Under the pieces are notes generated by a model. The model did not search any database, was not told where the DNA came from, and was given only the letters and a program-made list of their open reading frames with translations. Below are positions 43,641 through 58,786 of a stretch of DNA of 64,000 nucleotides, one piece after another; position 1 is the first letter of the stretch, and each line of letters begins with the position of its first letter. This DNA comes from the human T2T-CHM13v2.0 reference genome, Homo sapiens. The stretch is from the NCBI RefSeq assembly GCF_009914755.1, contig NC_060945.1; one strand, 5' to 3'. A program made the position numbers and the translations under genes.

Positions 43641-43809
43641 CAATTTATATATTTCAGTAGATATAAATGTTAAGAAATGAAAAAGAAAATTCGAAACAAT
43701 GCAAAAACAAAATATATTAAATTGATAACATAAATACATTGAAGAAAAAAATAATACAAGTAACTTTGACATGTATTTGAATCCAAAGACAAAAAGAAAC
43801 TTAGATATT

Positions 43810-44455
43810 TTGAAAAGGAAATTTGTTTGCTCTCATATGTTTGTTGCACCACTGTTTACAGTAGGTAAGATTTGGAAGCACTCTAGGTGTCCATAAACAG
43901 GTGAATGGATAAAGAAAATGTAAACATCCACAATGGAGTACCACTCAGCCATAAAAAAAGAATGAGATCCAGTCATTTGCAACAACATGGATGGAACTGG
44001 AGATCATAATGTAAGTGAAATAGGCACAGAAAGACAAACAATGCATGTTCTCATTTATTTGTGGGATCTAAAAATCAGAACAATTGAACTAATGGACACA
44101 GAGAGAGGATGGTTACCAGAGGCTGGGAAGGGTAGTGGAAGATTGGGAGGGGAGATGAAGATGGTTAATGGGTGCAAAAAATAAGAAATAAAAAAGAATG
44201 AATAAGATCTACCATTTGATAGCACAATAAGGTGACTATCATCAATAATAACTTAATTGTATATTTTTAAATAACTTAAATAATGTAATTGGATTATTTG
44301 TAATTCAAAGTATAAATGCTTGAGGGAATGGATACCCCATTCTCTCATTCTCTATGATGTGCTTATTTCACATAGCATGCCTATATCAAAACATCTCATA
44401 TACCCCATAAATATATATACCTAATATGTATCCACACAAAATTAAAAAAGAAATA
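43810..44455 (+). mobile_element. L1MA (MA2/3-like) 3' end
   Basis: 'tttgcaacaacatggatggaactggag...ccccataaatatatatacctaatatgtatccacacaaaatt'; possible degenerate TSD aaagaaacttagatatttt/aaataaattttgatatttt. Confidence 0.88.
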
Positions 44456-44784
44456 AATTTTGATATTTTCTTTAAATATATTTAATTAACCAATAAAGAT
44501 CATATATATTCTGATTACTCAGTGTGATAATTTAATATATACAATATTGAGTAATAATTATCAAAACAAATAGGGGCCTGCCTCTTAAAAAGAAAGATAT
44601 TTTGAACCCAACTTCATAGGTTTGTTGTTCATAGTGCAGTTGGTATAACACTTTTGAAAATATATTAAACAAAGGGTAAGTATATTAATATATTTGAGAA
44701 TTCTCACTGTGGGAAATGGAGAATACATGTATGTAATGGCATAAGTTTAGATGGATATTAGAAGTAGCAGAATAAACCCATAAT

Positions 44785-45060
44785 TTTTATTTTAGAGCTT
44801 TATTGAGATATAATGCATATACTCTTCACCCACTTAGGATGTGCAATACAATGAAGTGTTCTCAGAGTTGTGCCTCCATCATCACAATCAAGTTTAGAAC
44901 ATTTTCATTAGCCCCAAAAGAAACTCCATAACCAATAATGGTTATTCCTTATTTCTCTAACTCCTCCACCGCCAGTTCTCCTCTCCCCAACCTTCCTGGC
45001 CTTATACAATCACTTGTCTACATTTTTTCTCTATATGTTTGCATATCTAAACATTTAAAC
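44785..45060 (-). mobile_element. L1MB-type 3' end
   Basis: 'agctttattgagatataat...catcatcacaatcaagtttagaacattttcattagccccaaaagaaactcc'. Confidence 0.7.
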
Positions 45061-45064
45061 AATT

Positions 45065-48000
45065 ATTATATCTAACTTTAATTGTATATCCTTTGACCAA
45101 GATCACCCAATCCCTCTCCTCCTACTTAGCTCAGCCTCTGGTAACCACTACTCAACTCTCTGCTTCTACGAGTTCCACTTTTTAGATTCCACATATGTGA
45201 GATCATGTGGTATTTCTGTCCTGGCTTATTTCTCTTAGCATGAAATCATCCAGGTTCATTGATGTTGTCACAAATGGTGGGATTTTGTTCCTGTTTGTGA
45301 CCGAATACTCTTCCATTATGTAAATATACCACATTTTCTTTAGTGATTCTTCTGCTAATAGACACTTAGGTTGATTTCATGTCTTGGTTATTGTGAATAA
45401 TGCTGCAATGAATGTGGAAATGCAGGCATCCCTTCTATATACTGATGTAATTTTCCTTGGATTTATATGCAGTACTGAGGGAGTGGATTGTATGGTAGTT
45501 CTATTTTTACATTTTCTGAGGAAACTCCATGCTGTTTTCCCTAATAGCACTAATTTATATTCCCACTAACAGTGACAATTTTGGCACATTATTTACAATA
45601 TTTATCTTCTGCCTTTTTGATAATAGTAATCCTAGTAGAAATTAGGTAATATTTCATTTTGGTTTTGATTTTCCATATCCTAATGATTATGATGTTGAGC
45701 ATATTTTAATATACAGGTTGGCCATTTGTATGTTTTCATTTGAAACGTATCTATTCAAGTCTTTTAGCCATTTTTAAAAGGGTTATTTGTTTTCTTGCTA
45801 TTAAGTTCCTTATATATTTTGAATATTAACTCCTTATCAGATGTATATTTTGCAAATTTTTTTCCATTTTGTAGATTGCCTCTTCACTGCTGTACAGAAG
45901 CTTTTTTCACTTTAAATAGTATAATTTGTCTAATTTTTACTTTTGAGGTTTTAAATAGAAAATCCTTGACCAGCCCACACGAATGTCGTGGAGCTTTTCC
46001 CTAGTAGCTTTCACAGTTTGGGATCTTACATTTAAATATGTAATCCATTTTCAGTTGATTTTTGAATATGGTGAGACATAGAGAGTCTTGTTTATTCTTC
46101 TGCATGTGAATATCCAGTTTTCACAGCACCATTTTTTGAGGAGGCTATCTTTTTCTCATTGGGTGTTCTTGCCAGATTTATTGAAAATCAGTTGGCTATA
46201 AATGCACATATTTATTTTTGGGCTCTCTGTTCTGTTCCATTGGTCTATGTGTCTGCTTTTATGCTACTACCATAATGTTTTGGTTACTATATCTTTATAG
46301 ATAATTTTAAAGTCAGGTACTGTTATGATTTCAGCTTTGGCTATTTGGGGTTCTTTTGTGATTTGATACTAATTTTAGGATTTTTTTTTCAATTTATGTG
46401 AAGAATGCCATTGGTGTTTTCATGAGCATTGCATTAAATCTGTAGATCACTTTGGGTACACTTTAACAATGTTCATTCTTCTATTTAATGAAAATGAAAA
46501 ATCTATATATTTATGTTTTCTTCAATTTATTTAATCAATGATTTATAGTTTTCAGTGTAAGATCCTTCACCTCCTTGGTTAAAGTTTTTTCTAGGGTTTT
46601 TTTTCTAAATAGCTGTTGTAAATGAAATTGTCTTCTTGAATTCTTTTTTTCAGATAGTTTACTATTAGTATATAGAAATGTAACTGATTTTTTGTGTGTT
46701 GATTTTGTATCTTGCAACTTTACTGGATTTATATATTAATTCTAACTGTTTTCTGGTGTAATCCATAGAGTTTTTTATATGTAACATCATGTCATCTGCA
46801 AACAGATAATTTACCTTTTTAATTTCTCTTTCAATCCCTTTTATTTCTTTCTTCTGTCTAATTGCTCTGGCTAGGACTTCTAGTACTATGTTGAATAGAA
46901 GTGATGAAAGTGGACATCCTTGTCTTGTGCTAGATTTTAGAGGAAAAGCTTTCAACTTTTCTCTGTTCCGTATGGTGTTATTTCTAAGTTTGTCATATAT
47001 GGGTTTTATTGTGTTGAGGTACATTTCTTCTGTAACTAATTGTTGAGAGTTTCTTTTATTTTCATGAAGGGATGTTAAATTTTGTAAAATGTTTTTCTGT
47101 ATGTATAAAATGTTTTTCTGTATGTATAAATCATATTTCTAGCCTATTTTATTTATTTCATTCTGATCTTTATTATTTCCTTTCTTCTAGTAATTCGGGA
47201 TATAATTTGTTCTTGTTTTTTTTTTTGGTTCTCTGAGATGTGAATTTTGTCCTTCATTCTATTAATGTGGTGTATTATGCTTATTGATTTGCATATGTTG
47301 AACTATCCTTGCATCCCTGGGATGAATCTTACTTGATCATGGTGAATGAATGTTTTAATTTGCTGTTGAATTGGGTTTGCTAGTATTTGGTTGAATATGC
47401 TTGTATTATTCATGTTCAGCAGGAATATTAGCTTGCAGTCTTTACTGTTGTGGCTGTGTTCCTTGTCTGGTTTTGGTATTAGGGTAATTCTGGAATCATA
47501 GAATGAGTTTGAAAGTATTTAATCCTCTTAAATTTTTTGGAATAGTTTGAGAAAAAATAGTATTAATTGTTTTTAAAAATATTTGGTATAATTCAGCAAT
47601 GAAGATAACACTATTAGTTTTTTTGCGTTTTTTTTGTTTGTTTGCTTGTTTGTTTTTTGTATGGGAGTTTTTTAACTACTTATTAAATTTCCCTACTTGT
47701 TACTGGTCTGTTCAGATTTTCTGTTTCTTCCTAATTGAATTTTGGTAGGTTACATGTTTCAAGGAACTTATCCATTTTTTTAGGTAATTCATTTGTTGGT
47801 GTATAATTTGTTCATGATAGTCTCATAATCATTTCTATTCCTTTGGTATCAATTGTAATGTATTATTTTCTTCTGTTATTTTATTTATTAGAGTTTTCTC
47901 TGTTTTTCTTTAGCTAAAAGTTTATTAATTTTGTTTATCTTTTTAAATACTAACTCTTCATTTTGTTGATATTTTGTATCATATTTCTAGCCCATTTTCT

Positions 48001-48337
48001 TTCTTTCTTTCTGACTCTTACCATTTCCTTTCTTCTATTAATTTGAGGTATAGTTTGTTCTTGTTTTTTCAGTTCTCTGAGATGCAATGCTTGTTTATTC
48101 AAGATCTTTTTTTTCTTTTTGGTTGCTGGAATTTATTGCTATGAATTTCCCTCTTAGGACTGTTTTTGCCATATTCCGTAGGTTTTGATATGTTGTATTT
48201 ACATTTTGTTTCCAAACATTTTTTGAATTTTCCTTTTAATTTCTTCAGTAATATAGTGGTTATTCAGGATTACATCATTTCATTTCTATATATTTGTGAA
48301 GTTTCTGAAATTCCCCTCATTATTGATTTCTAGTTTT
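45065..48337 (-). mobile_element. L1MA-type element, 3' UTR plus ~2.5 kb of ORF2, abruptly truncated
   Basis: Minus-strand ORF2 RT remnants ([35 protein letters not shown]...LFADDM). Confidence 0.9.
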
Positions 48338-48357
48338 TTAAACTCCTTTAAATTTAA

Positions 48358-48420
48358 GACAGAGTGAGACTCCATCTCAAAAAGGAAAAAAAAAAGACAA
48401 AAGAAAAAAGCAAAGAGAAG
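48358..48420 (+). mobile_element. Alu 3' terminal remnant with A-rich tail
   Basis: gacagagtgagactccatctcaaaaaggaaaaaaaaaagac... Confidence 0.85.
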
Positions 48421-48776
48421 AAAAACTTCAGCCAAATTAAATTTAAAGGAGTTTAATTGAGCAATGAACCATTCGCAAATCAGGCAGAACAAGTTTGTAG
48501 ACTAAAAAAGGAAGTGACATACAGAAATCAGAAGTGAGGCACAGAAACAGCTAGATGGTTATATGTTGGCATTTGCCTTGTTTGAACACAGTTTGAACAC
48601 TCAACAGTCTATGATCAGTTGAAGTATGGCTGCTGGCATTGGCTAAGACTCTGCTATTATTACAGGCACATACTCCTAAGTTAGGTTTTCAATCTTGCCT
48701 ACCTATTAAGTATCCACAAGGACTCAGAGATAAAAGTATGGAGTCTTTCTCAGGCCATACTTCGTTCACTTTAACA
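48415..48776 (-). mobile_element. ERV1 MER57-like LTR
   Basis: Ends 'ccacaaggactcagagataaaagtatggagtctttctcaggccatacttcgttcactttaaca', matching my recall of the MER57 5' end in reverse. Confidence 0.75.
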
Positions 48777-48984
48777 GAAAGCATATGTTAACATGTGTGG
48801 AATCATTCCTTTAAGTGTTCTTTGGTTAAAACAGGAAAACCATATAACTGCTCATTCTCCTTTTGGTGCCGTTTTTATGCAGGCATTTTGACAACTGCTA
48901 TCTTTCACATTTTACCTACACCAAAAATCAGTTTCTTTGTTTCCTTAAGAAATTTACTTACTCTCTGTAAATTTGAAAATTTGA

Positions 48985-49155
48985 TCTTTCTTCTTTCTTT
49001 TCTTTCTCTCTTTCTTTTCTCTTTCTTTCTTTTTTTCTCTCTCTCTCCTTCCTTCTTTCCTTCCTCCGCTCTTCGTTCCTTTCTTTTCCTTTCTTTATTT
49101 CTCTCTATTTCTCTCTTCCCACCCCTCTTTTTCCCCCTCTCTCTGTCTCTCTCTG
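48985..49155 (+). repeat. ~170-bp CT-rich polypyrimidine low-complexity tract
   Basis: Almost exclusively C/T. Confidence 0.9.
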
Positions 49156-52100
49156 TAAATTGAGCTTATTTAAAGTTTTTTTTTTTTTTAATGTAATCTG
49201 TCTTCATAAACCTGAGTAGGTCTGAAAGTTCAGGGAATTGTTTTTAAAATATCAAGTGACTTTTTCATTTGATGTGCATTTAAATGTTTTCTGGGGTGTA
49301 AAATTACAATCTTCGTGGTCATTTGTATTCACCATTGACATACTAGTAACTTACTTTGGCTGAGGCTTAGGCTTCATTTGCCGATGGACTATAGACTTTT
49401 AATTGAGAGCATGATGAGAATTGTTTTTCCTTCTTTTCTTTGTTTTAAGACAATGTTTTATGTTTTCCCACTGAATATTAAAATTTGTATATCTAGACAT
49501 CTCACACCGTGATTTCTCCCAGTGAAAAATTCTTAGGAGAAAAGCATTCATCTCAGTTAAATGCTTATATGACAAAAATTTCAAAGTTTTGAAATTCTGA
49601 TTAGCCTTACTGCAGGCAAAGTCTCTTAGAAGAAAGACTCTATCCTCATATTCTCAGGTCAGGAGCAATGTATTCATAATATCAAGGACTATAGAGCCAT
49701 AAATATGGCTTCCAATCAGTTCTGGTTCTAATCTGTCAAACCTATTTACACAGAAAAATAATGTTTGATAACGGCATATTAAATATGCTTTTGTTTGCAG
49801 ACTTTTTGTGGCGTTGTTTTTATTTTACTCTGTATTTAAATTTGTTTCTTTCTACAAATTCTCCTTTTGTCTTTGAACTATACCAAAAGATCTAACTTTT
49901 CCTGATTTATATTTTATAATATTGATTATTTAAAGGAATTATCCAAAATGTATTCAAGGATAGAGCTTAATATGATGCTTAATCAATTTTCTAATAGTTT
50001 TTTTTAGTGTATACATGGAATTAAATCTAAGCAACCAGTCAAGAATCTAATACATTTTTTTCTCTTATTTTGGTATCTAATTAGCTGTTTTCTTTTCTTA
50101 TTGCAAGAGCACGCTCAGTAAAATGTAGAATCAAAATAAAATGAAATTATAGATATAATGTTGAATTAAATTAATTACAGATATAATGATATATTGCAGG
50201 TCTTCCTCTTTGAAGATTATAATACAAGTGTAACAAATGCTAATAATTAAATTAGAAAAAACCATAAATACTTACAACAGAGTAAAAATGTTGTATCCCA
50301 TTTAAAATATATGTGTGATTCTATATTTACTTAATGTAGTTACATTCAGTCATATTTGGTATATAGTATAAATCTACCTCCTGCTCAAGAAGTTTCTTGC
50401 CACAATACCTCTCAATCATAGTTTTGTAAGAGATGTTCAATTATCACACTGCAACTTTGGAGCTTCCATAAAAAAAGATTGGCAAATATAGGAGAAGAAT
50501 GAAACTTAAAATCTGGAAAATGAAAAGAAGCATTTAATTTAAAAAAATCAAATTTAGTCATACAATAAAGTTCCCAGAGGAGGGAGAGGAAGAGAAAATA
50601 TAAAGCTATATTAACTTGGAGTTAGAGGAGTTTGTGGATTTAGAAGGAGCCAAGTGTTGAAGAAATGAGATGTTGATGAGCGAAAGGATAAGAGGATACA
50701 ATAGTGGGACTTTAACTCAGTATAGCAGTGAGATTTTTCATAATTCTAGAGAAATATGACAAGGCAACTTGAGACTTTTTGGAATTAGTGCAATGAGAAT
50801 AATCTTTCTGCCATTATTAAACTGATATGTGCTTATTCCTCCGTTTAAATCAGGTTCAGCCCAGTGGCCTTCACCTCAATTATTTCCCCAGGGTAGGAGA
50901 GTAGAACATATGATTTATACAGCTCTAGATATAGGTATTACTGGGAAAAGAAGTGATTTGTTAAATTTAACTTGTCAAATATTAAACCCAGGAGACTGAC
51001 TGAAATTGGAATCCTCTCAAGTTATAAAAGACCAACCACTTTTACCTCTGATATGAATCAACTCATGTCATCACTGAATGTTTTCATTAATGTAATATCA
51101 TTGAATACTAAAAACAAAACAAAAAAAAACAACATATACCCAACCAATTTATTCCAAGGACATCACTGACAGAAGAAAGCAGTGTGAAAGTGCATTGAAA
51201 GGGTAGGGCCATGTTTCTATATCCTTCTGTTATCACCAGAAATATTAATGAATCAACTAGTTTAATTGAAGGCAGGATATTTTTTCAAAACGGAGAGAAA
51301 TACTTGATGACAAAAGGTGGACTTCTGTGTAAGTGTGAGAGTGTGTGTTGCTGTGTGTTTGTGTTCTCTTATCTAAATAATAAATGAGTTGCTTTGGCTC
51401 TCTCCGACAACTTCTCATTTGAGTTCTTGCATCATGGTTTAGTTTGTGGAATCATAAAAATTATTTCTGCAAATATTCCTCTCCTGCTTCTATTTTTTAA
51501 ATTTTCTCTGGCATGTGCAATTATCACAATTCCACAAGGAACTACATCATAGTTCTAAAACATTAATGACAAAGGGAAAATGTTAAAAGTGTTCAGAAGG
51601 ATAAACATCTATTACCTGAAAATGAATAATTATGACAAATAACTATAGTAGAGTAGTGCTGAATGAAGAAACAAAATAATGTTCTAAATATATTGCAGAA
51701 AATACATTTAGAATTGCATGTGTAATAAAACTATCACAAATATGACAGCAAAAGAATCAAATTTCAAATTAAAATAAGCACTTAGAAAATTTACAAAGTT
51801 TTTATTTTTAGTGGACTTTAGAGGATGTTTTTTAAGCAAAATAAGAGAGAAAGCTGGGAAGAAATCAACGTGATGTTGTTGGGAAGTAAAAGAAAGTAGA
51901 TTTCTTAGTGAGGTGAGTGATCATGTTGATAAAATTTATCAGAGAATTAGGAAGAGAGAGAGAGAAAGAAGAGGAATTTATTCGTAGAATTAGAAATTCT
52001 AGAGGATTCTACACCAACAATTGGCAAAAAAACTGAGGTAATAGTATTCAGAAACTGATTTAGAATTTGTTTCAGGGAAATAAGCAAGGAGGTCATTATT

Positions 52101-52789
52101 TTGTTTCAAGATAATACCTAGCTAGATTTTCTATTTGTTGAGCTGTAGGGGTAAAGGCTAATGTATACGTTTTTATCCACTGGAAAGGCAAATAATTTAT
52201 GGTAGAAGAGGTGTCTCAAAATGTTATGGTTTGGGTCCTGTACAACATGTCCTGTATATTAAAATTTCATATAATCATAACACCTTTATATGTGATGGTT
52301 CATGCTTCACTTTGCCTTCCAAATCTTGTGCAAAATTTCTCTTCTGGTCAACTCTAACCAGGTTGTATAGGAAAGAAGATTTTGTTGGGTATCTTTCTGA
52401 TTAACATAAATTAATATTATCAAGGGAGTTCATGATGTAATTTCATATCATTCTCAAAAGTATGTATATATATTGTTTTTAATACTACTGTATCCTGCTT
52501 ATTTAATTTGGGAATTGCACTTATTGGAAGGTCTACAATATTCAATATTTATATAGAGAACTGTGCTCCTGTTGTTAATTTTAAGACATTTTAAAGAAGT
52601 ATCCTGTGTACTTTTAAGTGATTTATATTAATATTTTAGACATAATTGTCTTTATTCAACTACATACTGTGACTCAGAATAATTATATTGTTCAATCAAA
52701 CCAGGTAGGTTGTAAATGAATGTTATGTTTTATGCATCAAACACAATAATCAACTAATTATAATATTTCAGAATACAATGTTATTCAAC

Positions 52790-53880
<1,091 letters not shown>

Positions 53881-54944
53881 ATTAGAAAAATGCTCAGAAT
53901 ATTTTCATGTTTTATTTTATTTTCCTTTCTAATATCATCTGGTTCAAGATGGAAATGTGAAAAGTTTAAAGAGAAATGAAATCCTGTTGACTCATCAAAC
54001 TCACCCTTATACCTAAGTAATTTGCTATACAATTAGTACATTGAAAAGAAGACACCACTGTCTACACACGTAAATGACCAAAAAAAAAAAAATACACAGC
54101 TCTCTGATAATGCTACAATATTATCAACATTGAATATTGGTGAATTTGATTGCATATAAATTATATCTTTATAAAGATGGTAAAAAAAAAAACCACCCAC
54201 AGTTAAAAGAACATGTGAGGAACTTCCAAAAAATCAACAATAAAATAAAACAGGTAACTCAAAGAAAAACAGGCAAAAGATAAACAGTCAGGTTATAGAC
54301 AGAAAAAACTGAATAAGTATCAAACATATGAAGACCTACTCAACTTTGCTAAAGAAAGAAATTTATTTTTAAAACAACAATGAGATTAAGATGTTTCTAG
54401 ATTAGACTGGGAAAATTAAATAAAATGAATTATGAGATTATAGGAAGTTTTAACAAAAATAAAGGGAAAAACTTCATTATCTAAGGACAGAGTTATCTAA
54501 TATAGTCATTCTATAAAGTTATTGTGAAGAACTTAGATAAAATATGAATATGTATATTATAGGTATATCATTAGTCATGGGTGTGGACATTGATTGAAGT
54601 ATTGTTTGTGTTTAGGAAGAATGGAAGCTGGTTTGGAGACTATTACTGGTAAAATGGAAAAGTAAGATATGGTGGTTGCACTCCATAAGCTGTGAAGAAT
54701 TTAGATGTGTTAGCCTATAAACACAGCTGAACAGCTAGTTTCAAACACCAAAAGAAAATAAGGCATAGCACAAAATCATTTATACGAATTAAATTACTTG
54801 AACACATTAAACTAAACACTGCTTATTTTATTTAAATAGTTACTAACTCGATGATATATGTTAAACAGCTTAGAATATTGACTATATGGTGTAGAATGGG
54901 AAATAGAGGAAATGGGCCTAAAAGGGAGTAACTAAATAATGGCA

Positions 54945-55430
54945 TGCATTTTCTATTGCTACAGGAAAAATGTAATGTAATTTAGCAGCTATGAACAATG
55001 CCCATTAATTATCTCATAATTCTGTAAGTCATACATTCAGGAGGTTTGCCTAGTTCCTTAAAGAAGTTTGGTGGCATCTGCTTAGAGTCTCAAAAGGTGA
55101 AAATCAAGGTGTTTACGGGGCTTCATTCGTTACTGGAATATCTTGAAGGAATATCTTTTTTCAGGTTCTGTAAGGCTGTTGGCAAAACTCAGTTCTTTGT
55201 GGTTTTAGAACTGAAGTCACATACCTTTGTTGCCTGTTGGCCAGGAGCTGTTCTCAGCTTCTAAAAGCTGGCCAAAATACTTGACTTATTTTATTTCTCT
55301 ATTTTCGAGGGCAGCAATGTGGATGGAGTTGTTATGCTTCCAGTCTCTCTGATCGCTCCTTATACCTCACCTCTCCTCCACTTTCCTTTTCCACCACATC
55401 TCTCTGAGTCCAGTGAAGAAATTTCTCTGA
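54945..55430 (-). mobile_element. MaLR (MLT1E/F-like) LTR
   Basis: 'ttttctattgctacagg...attatctcataattctgtaagtca...aaaatcaaggtg...gttggcaaaactcagttctttgtgg'. Confidence 0.6.
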
Positions 55431-55639
55431 AATTTTTCAGCATATAAGAATAACTTCTGATGGCATTAGTTATACCTTTAAATTATCATTTTTAGCATTT
55501 CATTGTATGTCTAAACCATATATTCTTAAATTTAATTACCACAGTTTTGCTTTTTTCTTGTTTTTGTGATTTGATACCAACCCTTGATTAGTAAAGAAAA
55601 TGGAATAAACTTCTTCCTTCCAAGAAACAGCACTTTTTT

Positions 55640-58647
<3,008 letters not shown>

Positions 58648-58658
58648 ATTGTTCTTTC

Positions 58659-58786
58659 TTCATTGTTGTACCTCCTTCATGACAAGCCATTCACATTTAT
58701 TAGCCAGGCGAAATGTGAATTTAATAAATTTATTAATACATTTATGCAATGTGAATGGCTTGTCATGAAGGAGGTACAACAATGAA
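58659..58786. repeat. Perfect 39-bp inverted repeat with 50-nt spacer
   Basis: ttcattgttgtacctccttcatgacaagccattcacatt (58659-58697) is the exact reverse complement of 58748-58786. Confidence 0.97.

Noticed and set aside
37842-47024. ORFs with reverse-transcriptase motifs (ADDM, QGCPLS) at 37842-38105 and 46535-47024
   Set aside because: Fragments of dead L1 ORF2 with frameshifts and stops; not a retron or a novel RT system.
51530-51800. Possible ancient HAL1/L1 ORF1-like fragment
   Set aside because: Similarity too weak to support by eye.
58659-58786. MADE1/Hsmar1 MITE as the explanation of the inverted repeat
   Set aside because: The arms do not resemble the mariner TIR (ttaggttggtgcaaaag...) and there is no TA target duplication.
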